A stretch of DNA of 64,000 bases from Anaerolineaceae bacterium (GTDB taxonomy: Bacteria > Chloroflexota > Anaerolineae > Anaerolineales > Villigracilaceae). Every line of letters begins with the position of its first letter. Within the stretch, counting starts at the first letter, position 1. This document shows, piece after piece, positions 1 to 8,165 of this stretch. Made by a program: the position numbers and the translations under genes. The stretch is from the NCBI GenBank assembly GCA_009772985.1, contig WOUS01000012.1:46044-110043 (forward strand), read 5' to 3'. The notes beneath the pieces are model-generated. The model saw nothing but the letters and a program-made list of their open reading frames with translations, searched no databases and was not told the DNA's origin.

Positions 1-1436
1 AAATCCTTGATGAATTAAAAGATTTAAGAAAACTGCTTTATACAACACAGTGTAGAGAATGCGGAAAAAATGCTGAGATTCTTTACACCGTTTGGTCTTA
101 TAACGTAATATGTAATCAGTGTTCGCATGAATTTTTACTTTGGGACTATTGCCGTAAATATGGACAAACTGTTAAAGAACATAAAATACTATCAGAGTTT
201 CCCTGCCCAAATTGTGGAGTAGTACAGAAAAAATCAACCCTTCAAAGAACTACCACTCACCCTGTTTTGTTGGGCTATAAATGCTGTAAATCTTTACAGC
301 AAGAAGTTACCCTCAACGAAGATGATTTTAATCATTTACAGTTTATTGAAGCATCTCCACCATTAGCAGATGATTTCTTCCCAAAAACAGTTCTAGGTAA
401 AGGAGTAAACTTACGCCAACCCCAAAAACATGGTTTTGACAGCGTAGATAAATTTTATACTTCACGCAATTTAGCAGCAATGAGTCACTTATGGAAAACT
501 ATTCATCGAGTAGAGTCACGAGAATTAGCTGCTTATTTGGCGTTCGTTTTTACTTCTTTATATCAACGAGTGACACGATTTTCTGAATATAGGTTTTGGG
601 GTGGAAGTGGTAACACGGCACGTTTTAATGTTCCTTACATTTTCAATGAGACAAATGTATTCTTGACCTTTATTAGAAAGGCAAAATCAATTCAAGATCA
701 TTTATTATCAACATCTAGCAAATATACAGGCGAGGCATCTGTAGTATGTAATACTGCTACATCATTAGATTATTTGCCTGGCGAGTCTGTTGATTTGATT
801 TTTACCGACCCTCCTTTTGGAGCAAATATTAATTACAGTGAGATGAATATTTTGTGGGAGTCTTGGTTAGGCGCTTTTACCGATAAGACCGAAGAAGCAA
901 TAATTAATAAATTCCAAAATAAAGGAATATCTGAATACCAAACCTTAATGACACAGAGCATGAAAGAATCGTATCGAGTGTTGCGCCCCGGTCATTGGCT
1001 TTTGCTAGTTTTTATGAACTCATCGAGCGAAATTTGGAAGGCTTTACGCGCATCAATTATCAGCGCAGGATTCATTATAAAAAATGTTAATGTTTTCGAT
1101 AAACAGCATGGCACATTTAAGCAATTTGTCAGTGAAAATACGGCTGGGTTTGATTTAGTTTTACATTGTTTGAAACCTGAAAGCACAGAACAACCAATCA
1201 CTCCCATCATAAATCTAAAAAATTCAGTGGTTGATTTTTTAGAAAACAGTCATAATAGTTTGCCCACAACTGTATATCTTCATGTTGAACGTCAAGAAGA
1301 ACTTGACTTTAGAAAATTATATAGTGAATGGTTATCCTTATCGCTTATGTCGGATTCTGAATTAATGGGTTTTGTAAGTTTCAGAGAAACTGTAACAAAT
1401 TGGATTAATCAACGAAAAGGAAAAGAATTATCATGA
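1..1436 (+). CDS. DNA methyltransferase (N6-adenine/N4-cytosine type), 5' end cut by window edge
   Basis: Frame 3 is open from nt 3 straight into the 267..1436 ORF. It has catalytic motif IV TDPPFG (DLIFTDPPFGANINY). Upstream there are Cys-rich CxxC...CxxC...CPNC zinc-ribbon-like segments. The DNA is AT-rich, unlike the rest of the window. Confidence 0.75.
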   Translation, partial: ILDELKDLRKLLYTTQCRECGKNAEILYTVWSYNVICNQCSHEFLLWDYCRKYGQTVKEHKILSEFPCPNCGVVQKKSTLQRTTTHPVLLGYKCCKSLQQEVTLNEDDFNHLQFIEASPPLADDFFPKTVLGKGVNLRQPQKHGFDSVDKFYTSRNLAAMSHLWKTIHRVESRELAAYLAFVFTSLYQRVTRFSEYRFWGGSGNTARFNVPYIFNETNVFLTFIRKAKSIQDHLLSTSSKYTGEASVVCNTATSLDYLPGESVDLIFTDPPFGANINYSEMNILWESWLGAFTDKTEEAIINKFQNKGISEYQTLMTQSMKESYRVLRPGHWLLLVFMNSSSEIWKALRASIISAGFIIKNVNVFDKQHGTFKQFVSENTAGFDLVLHCLKPESTEQPITPIINLKNSVVDFLENSHNSLPTTVYLHVERQEELDFRKLYSEWLSLSLMSDSELMGFVSFRETVTNWINQRKGKELS

Positions 1437-2407
1437 AGCGCCCCAGAATATTACCTGCCTTTTCCACAGATGAGAAAAAGAAGGTACACGAACTTCTTGC
1501 TACACGAGTAGCGTTTATGATGGGCAGAAAATTCGAAGAAGATGATTGGGCATATGTTTATTGCGCCGCAAAAGGAATTCCCAATCAAGGTTGGAGTAAT
1601 CTCAAACTTGATGTTGTACATGATGGATTAGGAGTTGAACATAAAATGCTTCGTCCAAGTGGGGACAAGCCTGTGTCAGAAGTCTTTGGTTCACGTTTAA
1701 TGCACCCTTCTGCAACTCGTTCAATTCGCATTAGCAGCAATGGTGAAGCAAATGAAGTAATGAAAGATGTTATAGAACAATATGCGGCTTATCTAAAGCA
1801 GCGCCGAGAGAAGGTGCATGAACAACAACCTAACAAAGAGCCTAATATGAGAACAGGTTGGCTTCTTTGGCAATCTAACTTAAGAGATTTTGTCTATTTT
1901 GAAGAAGAGACTCTCATTCCTGACCCAAACGACTATATTGCCGAATGGCATGAAAATATTTCCAGGGGCGCTCGAAAAGCCAGTAAAAGTTTATGGATTT
2001 ACGAAAAAGAAACACGTGCAAAGAAATACTCAGTAACAACTGATGCAGGAGCAAAAATACAGCCTTATTTTGATGTTCCGCCAGCAAGTGAGCCAAACTT
2101 ATACTTCTTCAGAGTTCAAGGTGAAGAATATGGAACGGACTTAGTTAGAATTTGGATACCAACGACTATGGCACGTGAACTTAAAAGGCTGACAGGTGAA
2201 TTGACCGCTGACAACCTTCAAAGCGCAATCTCTAATATTCTATCAGGAATAAAAGAACCCCAAGCCGAATACAACGCCAAAAAGGAAGAAGCAGCACCCG
2301 TAATTCTCAAATCTGAAACTTACCTAAAGTTAGATTCTCTATTTCCAAATGCTGTAAGTGATTCGCATAAGATTCAACTTCTTGTCGAGTTATTAAATAC
2401 GAGATAA
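1433..2407 (+). CDS. hypothetical protein, candidate type II restriction endonuclease partner of the methyltransferase
   Basis: Its start overlaps the methyltransferase stop (ATGA). It has the same AT-rich composition. A possible PD-(D/E)xK signature is present: LD60VVHD64GLGVE69HK71. No other recognisable motif. Confidence 0.4.
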   Translation: MKRPRILPAFSTDEKKKVHELLATRVAFMMGRKFEEDDWAYVYCAAKGIPNQGWSNLKLDVVHDGLGVEHKMLRPSGDKPVSEVFGSRLMHPSATRSIRISSNGEANEVMKDVIEQYAAYLKQRREKVHEQQPNKEPNMRTGWLLWQSNLRDFVYFEEETLIPDPNDYIAEWHENISRGARKASKSLWIYEKETRAKKYSVTTDAGAKIQPYFDVPPASEPNLYFFRVQGEEYGTDLVRIWIPTTMARELKRLTGELTADNLQSAISNILSGIKEPQAEYNAKKEEAAPVILKSETYLKLDSLFPNAVSDSHKIQLLVELLNTR

Positions 2408-2558
2408 CTTAAGGCAAAAAGCGTGCCAACAAAGCGTGCAGGCGACTCGGCTACGCCTCCCCAATTCATGGGTGGCTGGCGCAAAACGCCGAGCGCCTAA
2501 CGCAAACCTTGGGCCGCTTAATTAATCCCTATCTGATTTAACAAAGGATTGTGTATTC

Positions 2559-3119
2559 ATGGAAAATAAATCGGCAGTTCAAAATCAATTATTTCAATCC
2601 ATAATTGCTGAAGCAAAGAGAGTCCATGAAGATGCGCTTTTTTGTACTGCTGGACATACTCACGAGGCACGACATTGGGATACTTTACAGCTATGGTTAG
2701 GCATTCCTGCAACGGTGATCGCGGCTGTAACAGGAATTACTTCTCTGGCAAGTAATAGTGCTTCTGTTGGCATTTTAGGATTGAATATAAATATAATCAC
2801 GGGAATTTTTTCCCTTTTAGTAGCAACAATATCTGGCTTGGCTACTTTTCTAGACCCAAAAGGTCAGGCTGCTAAGCATTATCAAGCAGTAAATTCTTAC
2901 GCGGCCTTGCTCAATGAAACTCGATTCTTCTATGAAATTGATTGTATCCAAAACCGAGATGTTGAAAAACTCGAAGCTAACCTTAGAAAGTTATCAGAAC
3001 GGCTAAACGACCTAAACAATCAAACTCCGTTGATTTCAACACGTGCTGCGGCCCTTGCAGAAAAATCTATTCTTTCCGGTAATTATGAATATCGGGTTGA
3101 TAAACAGAGTGTCCGATAA
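2559..3119 (+). CDS. 2-TM membrane protein with SLATT-like architecture (candidate conflict-system effector)
   Basis: 186 aa. An N-terminal helix is followed by two adjacent TM helices (LGIPATVIAAVTGITSLA / IITGIFSLLVATISGLATFL) and then a helical tail (AAKHYQAVNSYAALLNETRFF). An AAAGGA RBS lies upstream. The family assignment is from memory of the SLATT layout only. Confidence 0.45.
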   Translation: MENKSAVQNQLFQSIIAEAKRVHEDALFCTAGHTHEARHWDTLQLWLGIPATVIAAVTGITSLASNSASVGILGLNINIITGIFSLLVATISGLATFLDPKGQAAKHYQAVNSYAALLNETRFFYEIDCIQNRDVEKLEANLRKLSERLNDLNNQTPLISTRAAALAEKSILSGNYEYRVDKQSVR

Positions 3120-3164
3120 AGAAAAGACATCAATGACCGGTTTTTATTGAAAGTTTGTTTCGAT

Positions 3165-3869
3165 TCAGCCCTTTGCCTTTTGCGCCACGCTGTTCAGTTG
3201 TTCCCGGTCGGTGATCTCGAATTCGGTGCGGGTAATTTTTATCAATCCGCTGTCGGAGAAACGCTGGAGGAAGCGGCAAACCATCTCGCGGGTGGAGCCG
3301 ATGCGGGCGGCCATGTCATCGAGGGTCAGGGAGCGGGCGGTTGGACCGGACGCCGCCTGGCCGGGGAACTCCAACAGGAGGCGGGCGAGGCGTCCGGCCA
3401 CCGGCTGGAAGGCCAGGCCTTCGATGACTTCGCTGGCATGGAGCATCCGCTTGACCATCAGCCGGGAAAGTTCCCAGGCCAGGCGGCCGTTCTCCAGCAG
3501 GAGGGGCAGGATATCCTCGCGCCGCCACAAGTACAGGGCGGCCGGCTGGTTGATTTGCAGGGTCATCGGGTTGGGCATCTCCTCCTGGAAAAAAGCCAGC
3601 CCCCAGAAGAGTTCTCCCGGCCCCAGTTCGGCAATCACCAGGCTGCGCCCTTCGCCGGATTCTTTCACGACGTTCAGGCGGCCTTCGACCACCAGGAACA
3701 GGTACGGCCAGCAGTCGCCGGCGCAGGTCAGGAAGCCGCCGGCCGGGTAACTCCTGGAAATGGCCGCGCCGGCCAAACGGTCCCGCGCCGCCGCGCTGAG
3801 GTTGGAAAATAGCGGGTGTTGTTTGAGCAAGTCGAGGAGAGGAGTCGCCATACGCTGATTATAGTTCAT
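3165..3869 (-). CDS. Crp/Fnr family transcriptional regulator (copy 1)
   Basis: It has a cNMP-binding-like N-terminal barrel (FLVVEGRLNVVKESGEGRSLVIAELGPGELFW). It has a C-terminal HTH (LTLDDMAARIGSTREMVCRFLQRF). The GC-rich composition starts exactly at its 3' end. Confidence 0.9.
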   Translation of the reverse strand: MNYNQRMATPLLDLLKQHPLFSNLSAAARDRLAGAAISRSYPAGGFLTCAGDCWPYLFLVVEGRLNVVKESGEGRSLVIAELGPGELFWGLAFFQEEMPNPMTLQINQPAALYLWRREDILPLLLENGRLAWELSRLMVKRMLHASEVIEGLAFQPVAGRLARLLLEFPGQAASGPTARSLTLDDMAARIGSTREMVCRFLQRFSDSGLIKITRTEFEITDREQLNSVAQKAKG

Positions 3870-3910
3870 TCACAAGCATTTAACTTTAGGCAAAGACAGG
3901 CCGCGTTGCA

Positions 3911-3926
3911 TGTGCTATAAATCACA
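3911..3926. promoter_or_regulatory. CRP-type palindrome TGTGC-N6-TCACA in divergent promoter region
   Basis: The sequence is tgtgctataaatcaca. It lies in the 87-bp gap between crp copy 1 (minus) and the 3957 membrane-protein gene (plus). It matches the TGTGA-N6-TCACA class of Crp-family operators. Confidence 0.45.
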
Positions 3927-3956
3927 CATAGAAATCCATCCCATAAGGAGTTTGCA

Positions 3957-4799
3957 ATGGAAAATACCCCCAAGAACGTCCGTTTGATCCTGGCCATCCT
4001 GGCCGTGGTAGTCGGCATCTTCATGATTGCCGTCGCGCCCTTCCTGATCCAGACCTCGCTGGAGAAGGTGCTCACAGAACTGTCCATCGTGGCGGCGGAA
4101 AAGCCGGCCTACGCCAGCGGCATCCTGCTGTTCTCCTACTTCTTCCCGCTCTACCGCGGGCTGATCTACATCGGCGGGATCGCCCTGCTGCTGCTGGCGC
4201 GCTCCATCTACCAGGGAAAGGAATGGGCATACCCTGTGGCATTGCTGGCGGCGGCCTTCCCCTCGGCGGGCGGGATGTTCATGTTCATGCCCTATGTCTC
4301 GTTCGTGGATGGCTTCCCCATCCCGATGGTCGTTTCGATGGTGGGGTTGACCTTCTTCTGGTCGCTCATCCTGTTGCGCAAAGTGGACAAGTGGGTGAAA
4401 TGGGGGCAATTCCTGGCCTTGACCTTCGCCGGGATGCTGACCACGCACGCCTTCATCGTCGGCATCGGCAACCTGCGCACGCTGCTGACCCGCCCGGACA
4501 AGCCGTTCTACGACGGGCTGGGGTGGTGGGTGCTGGCCTGGTCGCAGCCCATCCAGTGGATCTGCGCCGTCCTGCTCTTCGTCGCCATCTACCAAATGGC
4601 CGCGCGTAAATTCTCCGGCTGGTGGCTGGCGCTGGTGTCGGTCACCTCCCTGGCGGCAATTGACATCCCGATGCAGATCATCCGCCTGACCATGACCGAG
4701 TCCACCGCCTGGGATTATACGTATGGCTTGCCGATGATCATCGGCCTGCTGTTTGTCCTGCTCTTCCCGAAGTTCAAAGCCGCCCTGATAAAAGAATAG
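3957..4799 (+). CDS. polytopic membrane protein, unknown family (family B, distant paralog of 21387 and 22305)
   Basis: AAGGAG RBS. 280 aa, about 8 TM helices. It shares the motif GKEWAYPVALLAAA with NKEKWAWLWGAVAAT and KKEWAWGWGVVAAT in the downstream paralogs. Confidence 0.8.
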   Translation: MENTPKNVRLILAILAVVVGIFMIAVAPFLIQTSLEKVLTELSIVAAEKPAYASGILLFSYFFPLYRGLIYIGGIALLLLARSIYQGKEWAYPVALLAAAFPSAGGMFMFMPYVSFVDGFPIPMVVSMVGLTFFWSLILLRKVDKWVKWGQFLALTFAGMLTTHAFIVGIGNLRTLLTRPDKPFYDGLGWWVLAWSQPIQWICAVLLFVAIYQMAARKFSGWWLALVSVTSLAAIDIPMQIIRLTMTESTAWDYTYGLPMIIGLLFVLLFPKFKAALIKE

Positions 4800-4900
4800 G
4801 CACAGGGTATTCTCCTTGAAGCAGGCGCGGGACGACCGCGCCTGCTTTGAAAATTACCCAGGACACACGCGACCGGGGGACAATACGAGGGAAATCTTCA

Positions 4901-5064
4901 CCCGGAGCGCCCCCTTGACTCCCAGCCTGCCCCCGTTTTCCGAACCTTCTGCGCGGCTCGCAGCGACCCTCGCGCGGGTGCGCCATTTCGACGGCCTCCC
5001 GCCCGAGGCCCAGGACGCCATCGCTGCGGCGGCCAGGTCGCGCCACTTCGAGGCGGGACAGGTC
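4901..5064 (+). repeat. direct repeat copy A (about 164 bp) of the 5' end of the crp copy-2 gene
   Basis: By-eye alignment to 7401..7564 gives high identity with scattered substitutions. An example shared stretch is gccatttcgacggcctcccgcccgagg.ccaggacgccatcgctgcggcggccagg. Confidence 0.9.
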
Positions 5065-5097
5065 CAGGCGGAAGAGTTGCGCCAGTCCACCAAGTGA
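4915..5097 (+). pseudogene. truncated Crp/Fnr N-terminal fragment
   Basis: It translates to MTPSLPPFSEPSARLAATLARVRHFDGLPPEAQDAIAAAARSRHFEAGQV. This parallels the N-terminus of the 7416 regulator. It then diverges and stops after about 60 codons, with no cNMP barrel or HTH. Confidence 0.6.
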
Positions 5098-5288
5098 CTG
5101 CAGGGCGGCATGTTGTCCGCTGTTCTGCTGCCCATTCTGTTATCTCTGCCTTCAAGAATCTGCTCATCGAAAAGGGCAAGTAATATACCCCCCAAACGGT
5201 ATACAACGCCATTCTCTTTATGCAAGCCCCGGGGACAGTTGGCGCTTTCCCCGGGGTTTGCTTTAAAGCAAGGAAATTGTTACTTGTT

Positions 5289-5304
5289 CGTGATACTCTT
5301 CACA
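5289..5304. promoter_or_regulatory. CRP-like box cGTGA-N6-TCACa upstream of the FmdE-like lipoprotein gene
   Basis: The sequence is cgtgatactcttcaca, about 70 nt upstream of the ATG at 5374. Confidence 0.3.
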
Positions 5305-5373
5305 GCATCAGTGACACTGGAAATCCATCTTCCGTGTTACACCGTCAAACCATTTTCAAAAAGGAGAGAAGGA

Positions 5374-6168
5374 ATGAAGAAACTGTATTTTATTTTTGCG
5401 GCGCTGACCATCGCTGCACTGGCGCTTTCTGCGTGCACCCCCGCGCCCGCTACAGAGGTCCCAACGGAAGCGCCGGTCGCGGAAGCGACGACCGCCCCCG
5501 TCGAGCCTGAAAACGTCAGCGTGTGGACCCAGGACTACATCACGCAGGTTCCGCCCATTATGATGAATGAACCGTATTTCGCGATCTTCGGGCAGACTGC
5601 TGGCCCCGTTCCCTATTACTACGAAGAAGCCGTAAAACTGGCAGGACACTCCTGCGGCGCGACGGCAGGCGCGTGGACCATCACCCGAAAGGCGCTCGAA
5701 GCGCTGTATCCCAACGGTGAAATTCCTGTGCGCGGCCAAATCCATGTGGATGCCCCTGGCGCAGAAGATGAATGGTTCGTCGGCGTGTTCGGCGATATCA
5801 TCATGTACATCACTGGCGCGGCGCCCAAAACGGGCTTCAATGGCTCGGATTTTGCCGTCAACGATCTGTATGTCCGCCAGAACAAAATGGTGTATAGCGA
5901 TGAACCAACCGGTCAACTGCCTCCCATGCGCGAGTGGATCTTCACCCGCCTCGATACAGGCGCAAAAGTGGGCGTTAAATTCAACCTGGTTATCATCACG
6001 CCCATTCCAACCCCGGCACGCGTGGAAATGGGGAAAAAGATGGCGCTCGGACAGGCCACACCCGAAGAGGCCGCCGACTACATCAAGTACTGGAACGACC
6101 GGGCGCTCTTCGTTTTCGAGAACGCCGATACAATTGATGGTTTCTTTACCGTGACCATTTACAAATAG
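5374..6168 (+). CDS. lipoprotein, possibly FmdE-like domain
   Basis: AAGGAG RBS. The lipoprotein signal is MKKLYFIFAALTIAALALSAC. The segment AGHSCGATAGAW resembles the HxCPG core of FmdE-family proteins. The longer 5110 start in the ORF track is rejected. Confidence 0.65.
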   Translation: MKKLYFIFAALTIAALALSACTPAPATEVPTEAPVAEATTAPVEPENVSVWTQDYITQVPPIMMNEPYFAIFGQTAGPVPYYYEEAVKLAGHSCGATAGAWTITRKALEALYPNGEIPVRGQIHVDAPGAEDEWFVGVFGDIIMYITGAAPKTGFNGSDFAVNDLYVRQNKMVYSDEPTGQLPPMREWIFTRLDTGAKVGVKFNLVIITPIPTPARVEMGKKMALGQATPEEAADYIKYWNDRALFVFENADTIDGFFTVTIYK

Positions 6169-6218
6169 CCCGCTCGGAATGCGCCGAGCGCGGTGATTGC
6201 AACAACTCGATGACAACC

Positions 6219-6255
6219 CAAGACAGGCGACTCCTTTGGACAATCGCCTGTCTTG
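6219..6255 (+). terminator. 11-bp stem hairpin downstream of 5374..6168
   Basis: caagacaggcg ... cgcctgtcttg. There is no clear T tract. Confidence 0.35.
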
Positions 6256-6390
6256 CATGTTGTGAAGTTCGAATACCTCTGGCTGCGATCGTCGGTCTGT
6301 CCATGATTGCAGTTACACCACACATTCTCCTCTCCCGTCACCCCCGCCCCTCTCAACAACAGAGAGGCCAGGGGTGAGGAACACAAAATC

Positions 6391-6540
6391 ATGAAAATTC
6401 ACCCTCGCCACTATCCCACCATCATTCTGGCCGCCTTCGTTGTCTTCCTGCTGCTAGGGTTGCTTCTTGGTTTTTCCCCCGAACGCGGCGGCGAAGGCGG
6501 CGGGCGCGGTTTCCTGTTCCTGCTGGAGGCCGTCGCATGA
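6391..6540 (+). CDS. possible small single-TM protein
   Basis: MKIHPRHYPTIILAAFVVFLLLGLLLGF... A GAGGAA RBS lies upstream. Its stop overlaps the next start (ATGA). It is short and unverified. Confidence 0.3.
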   Translation: MKIHPRHYPTIILAAFVVFLLLGLLLGFSPERGGEGGGRGFLFLLEAVA

Positions 6541-7364
6541 CCGCCAAAACCTACTCGCTTGCCAAAAGCCGCCGCGCCATTCAATGGATCGGCGTGATCG
6601 GCGCCTTCGTGCTCGGGCTGCGCCACATCATGCCGGGCGAAGCCTCGCGCGGTGGATCGTTCGACTCGTTCTGCCCCTTCGGCGCGGTTGAGACGCTCCT
6701 GCCATATATTCTCACAGGGCACACGCTCAAGACCACCAACCTGCTCAACTTCTCGATCATGCTTGGCGTGTTGGGCGTGGCGCTCGTGGCAGGACGCGCC
6801 TTTTGCGGCTGGATGTGTCCGCTGGGAGCGATTCAGGATTTCCTCGCCGCGTGGGGACGAAGACTGAGCGGCGAAAGAAATCACATGCGCGGCAAAGCCA
6901 GCAAGGCGCGCTTCCCCATCCACATGCCCGCCGCGGCTGACAAATATTTACGTTACGCCAAATACCTGATCCTTGCGCTCATCCTCGTCGCCAGCCTGTA
7001 CGCAGTCTATCCGCCCCTGTATGAGTTCTGTCCCGTGCGCGCCGTATTCGGTTTCAAGATGACGACGCTGTTGTGGAGCGTGCTCATCACCTTCATCGTT
7101 ACCTCTGCATTCGTCGAACGCGCCTGGTGCAAGTACTTGTGTCCGCTGGGGGCGTTATTGGCAATTTTTAACAAAATTTCCCCGCTGCGGCTTGTAGTCA
7201 ATCATGCCCGCTGTAACGGGTGCGGGCGCTGCGACGTGGAATGCTCGATGGGCATCCAGGATGTCCCGGAACGACTGCGGGACGCAGAGTGCATCCAGTG
7301 CCTGGAATGCCTGGAAACCTGCGCCCGGGACGATTCGCTGTCTCTGAAACTTGGCTGGAAATAA
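6537..7364 (+). CDS. NapH/NosR-type membrane polyferredoxin (4Fe-4S binding)
   Basis: It has TM helices. It has CxxCP-type membrane motifs CPFGAVE, CGWMCPLGAIQD and CKYLCPLGALL. It has two ferredoxin motifs, CNGCGRCDVEC and CIQCLECLETC. Confidence 0.85.
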   Translation: MTAKTYSLAKSRRAIQWIGVIGAFVLGLRHIMPGEASRGGSFDSFCPFGAVETLLPYILTGHTLKTTNLLNFSIMLGVLGVALVAGRAFCGWMCPLGAIQDFLAAWGRRLSGERNHMRGKASKARFPIHMPAAADKYLRYAKYLILALILVASLYAVYPPLYEFCPVRAVFGFKMTTLLWSVLITFIVTSAFVERAWCKYLCPLGALLAIFNKISPLRLVVNHARCNGCGRCDVECSMGIQDVPERLRDAECIQCLECLETCARDDSLSLKLGWK

Positions 7365-7400
7365 ATCGAAACAGAGTACAATACTGACAGATATACTCTC

Positions 7401-7564
7401 CCCGGAGCGCCCCCCTTGACTTCCAGCCTGCCCCCACTTTCCGAACCTTCTGCACAGCTCAAAGCGAGCCTCGCGCAGATACGCCATTTCGACGGCCTCC
7501 CGCCCGAGGTCCAGGACGCCATCGCTGCGGCGGCCAGGCCGCGTCATTTCGAGGCGGGACAGGT
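7401..7564 (+). repeat. direct repeat copy B (functional 5' end of crp copy 2)
   Basis: See copy A at 4901..5064. Confidence 0.9.
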
Positions 7565-8129
7565 CATCTATTTGGAAGGCGAACCGGCTGAGTTCGTCTA
7601 CATCCTGGAACGCGGCTGGGTCAAGGCCACGCGCATGTCACGCGACGGCCGCGAACAGGCCATGCTCTTCCTGCAGCCGGTGGACATCTTCGGCGATATC
7701 GCCGTCTTTACCGGCACAACCTACCCCGGCACGGTCACCGCGTTGGAAGCCGTGGATGCCTGGATCGTCCCATCTGCCACGCTGATGGCGCTGGTGAAAC
7801 AGCATCCCGCACTGGCGGAGGCGGTCATCCACAAACTTGGCGAGCGCGTACTGCACTACATCGAATTGGTCGAGGACCTTTCCCTGCGCAGCGTGGAGGC
7901 GCGCCTGGCGAACACGCTCTTGCAGCACGCCGAGGATATGGATGGCCGTCTCGTTGTGCCGCGCCGCGCCTGGACAACCTTCGACGAGATGGCCGTGCGC
8001 CTGGGGACGGTCCGCGATGTGCTCGGACGCGCCCTGAAAACGCTCGAAGCAGAGGGACTGCTCAGGGTGGAAAAACAGGAGATACTCCTGCTGGACGCGA
8101 AAGGGCTGGCGGAACGCGGGAATTTGTGA
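7416..8129 (+). CDS. Crp/Fnr family transcriptional regulator (copy 2)
   Basis: The barrel segment is VIYLEGEPAEFVYILERGWVKATRMSRDGREQ. The HTH is TFDEMAVRLGTVRDVLGRALKTL. The start appears to be TTG and is uncertain. Confidence 0.85.
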   Translation: MTSSLPPLSEPSAQLKASLAQIRHFDGLPPEVQDAIAAAARPRHFEAGQVIYLEGEPAEFVYILERGWVKATRMSRDGREQAMLFLQPVDIFGDIAVFTGTTYPGTVTALEAVDAWIVPSATLMALVKQHPALAEAVIHKLGERVLHYIELVEDLSLRSVEARLANTLLQHAEDMDGRLVVPRRAWTTFDEMAVRLGTVRDVLGRALKTLEAEGLLRVEKQEILLLDAKGLAERGNL

Positions 8130-8165
8130 CCAGCCGTACGATTACTGAATGGTGCGACCAGATGG

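Noticed and set aside
2408-2558. GC-richer 150-bp spacer inside the AT-rich island (aagcgtgc occurs twice; gcgcaaaacgccgagcgcctaacgcaaacc). I considered it as a small RNA, a tRNA fragment or an attachment-site relic.
   Set aside because: I could find no convincing stem-loop or cloverleaf, no repeat partner in the window and no terminator. Evidence is insufficient.
4816-4914. The full 93-aa ORF 4816..5097 as a genuine small gene.
   Set aside because: Only the part from 4915 parallels a Crp N-terminus. It lacks every functional domain and sits inside a duplicated segment. I annotated it as a gene fragment.
5110-5373. Upstream extensions offered by the ORF track. Examples are 5110 for the lipoprotein, 14492, 8921, 10778, 14121, 29001, 32298, 37403, 44745, 49514, 53993, 57771, 59327, 61651, 62335, 63128 and 63663.
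   Set aside because: In each case an internal ATG or GTG has a Shine-Dalgarno 5-9 nt upstream. That internal start gives a canonical N-terminus (a lipoprotein signal or a family-typical start). The extensions cross intergenic hairpins or neighbouring genes.
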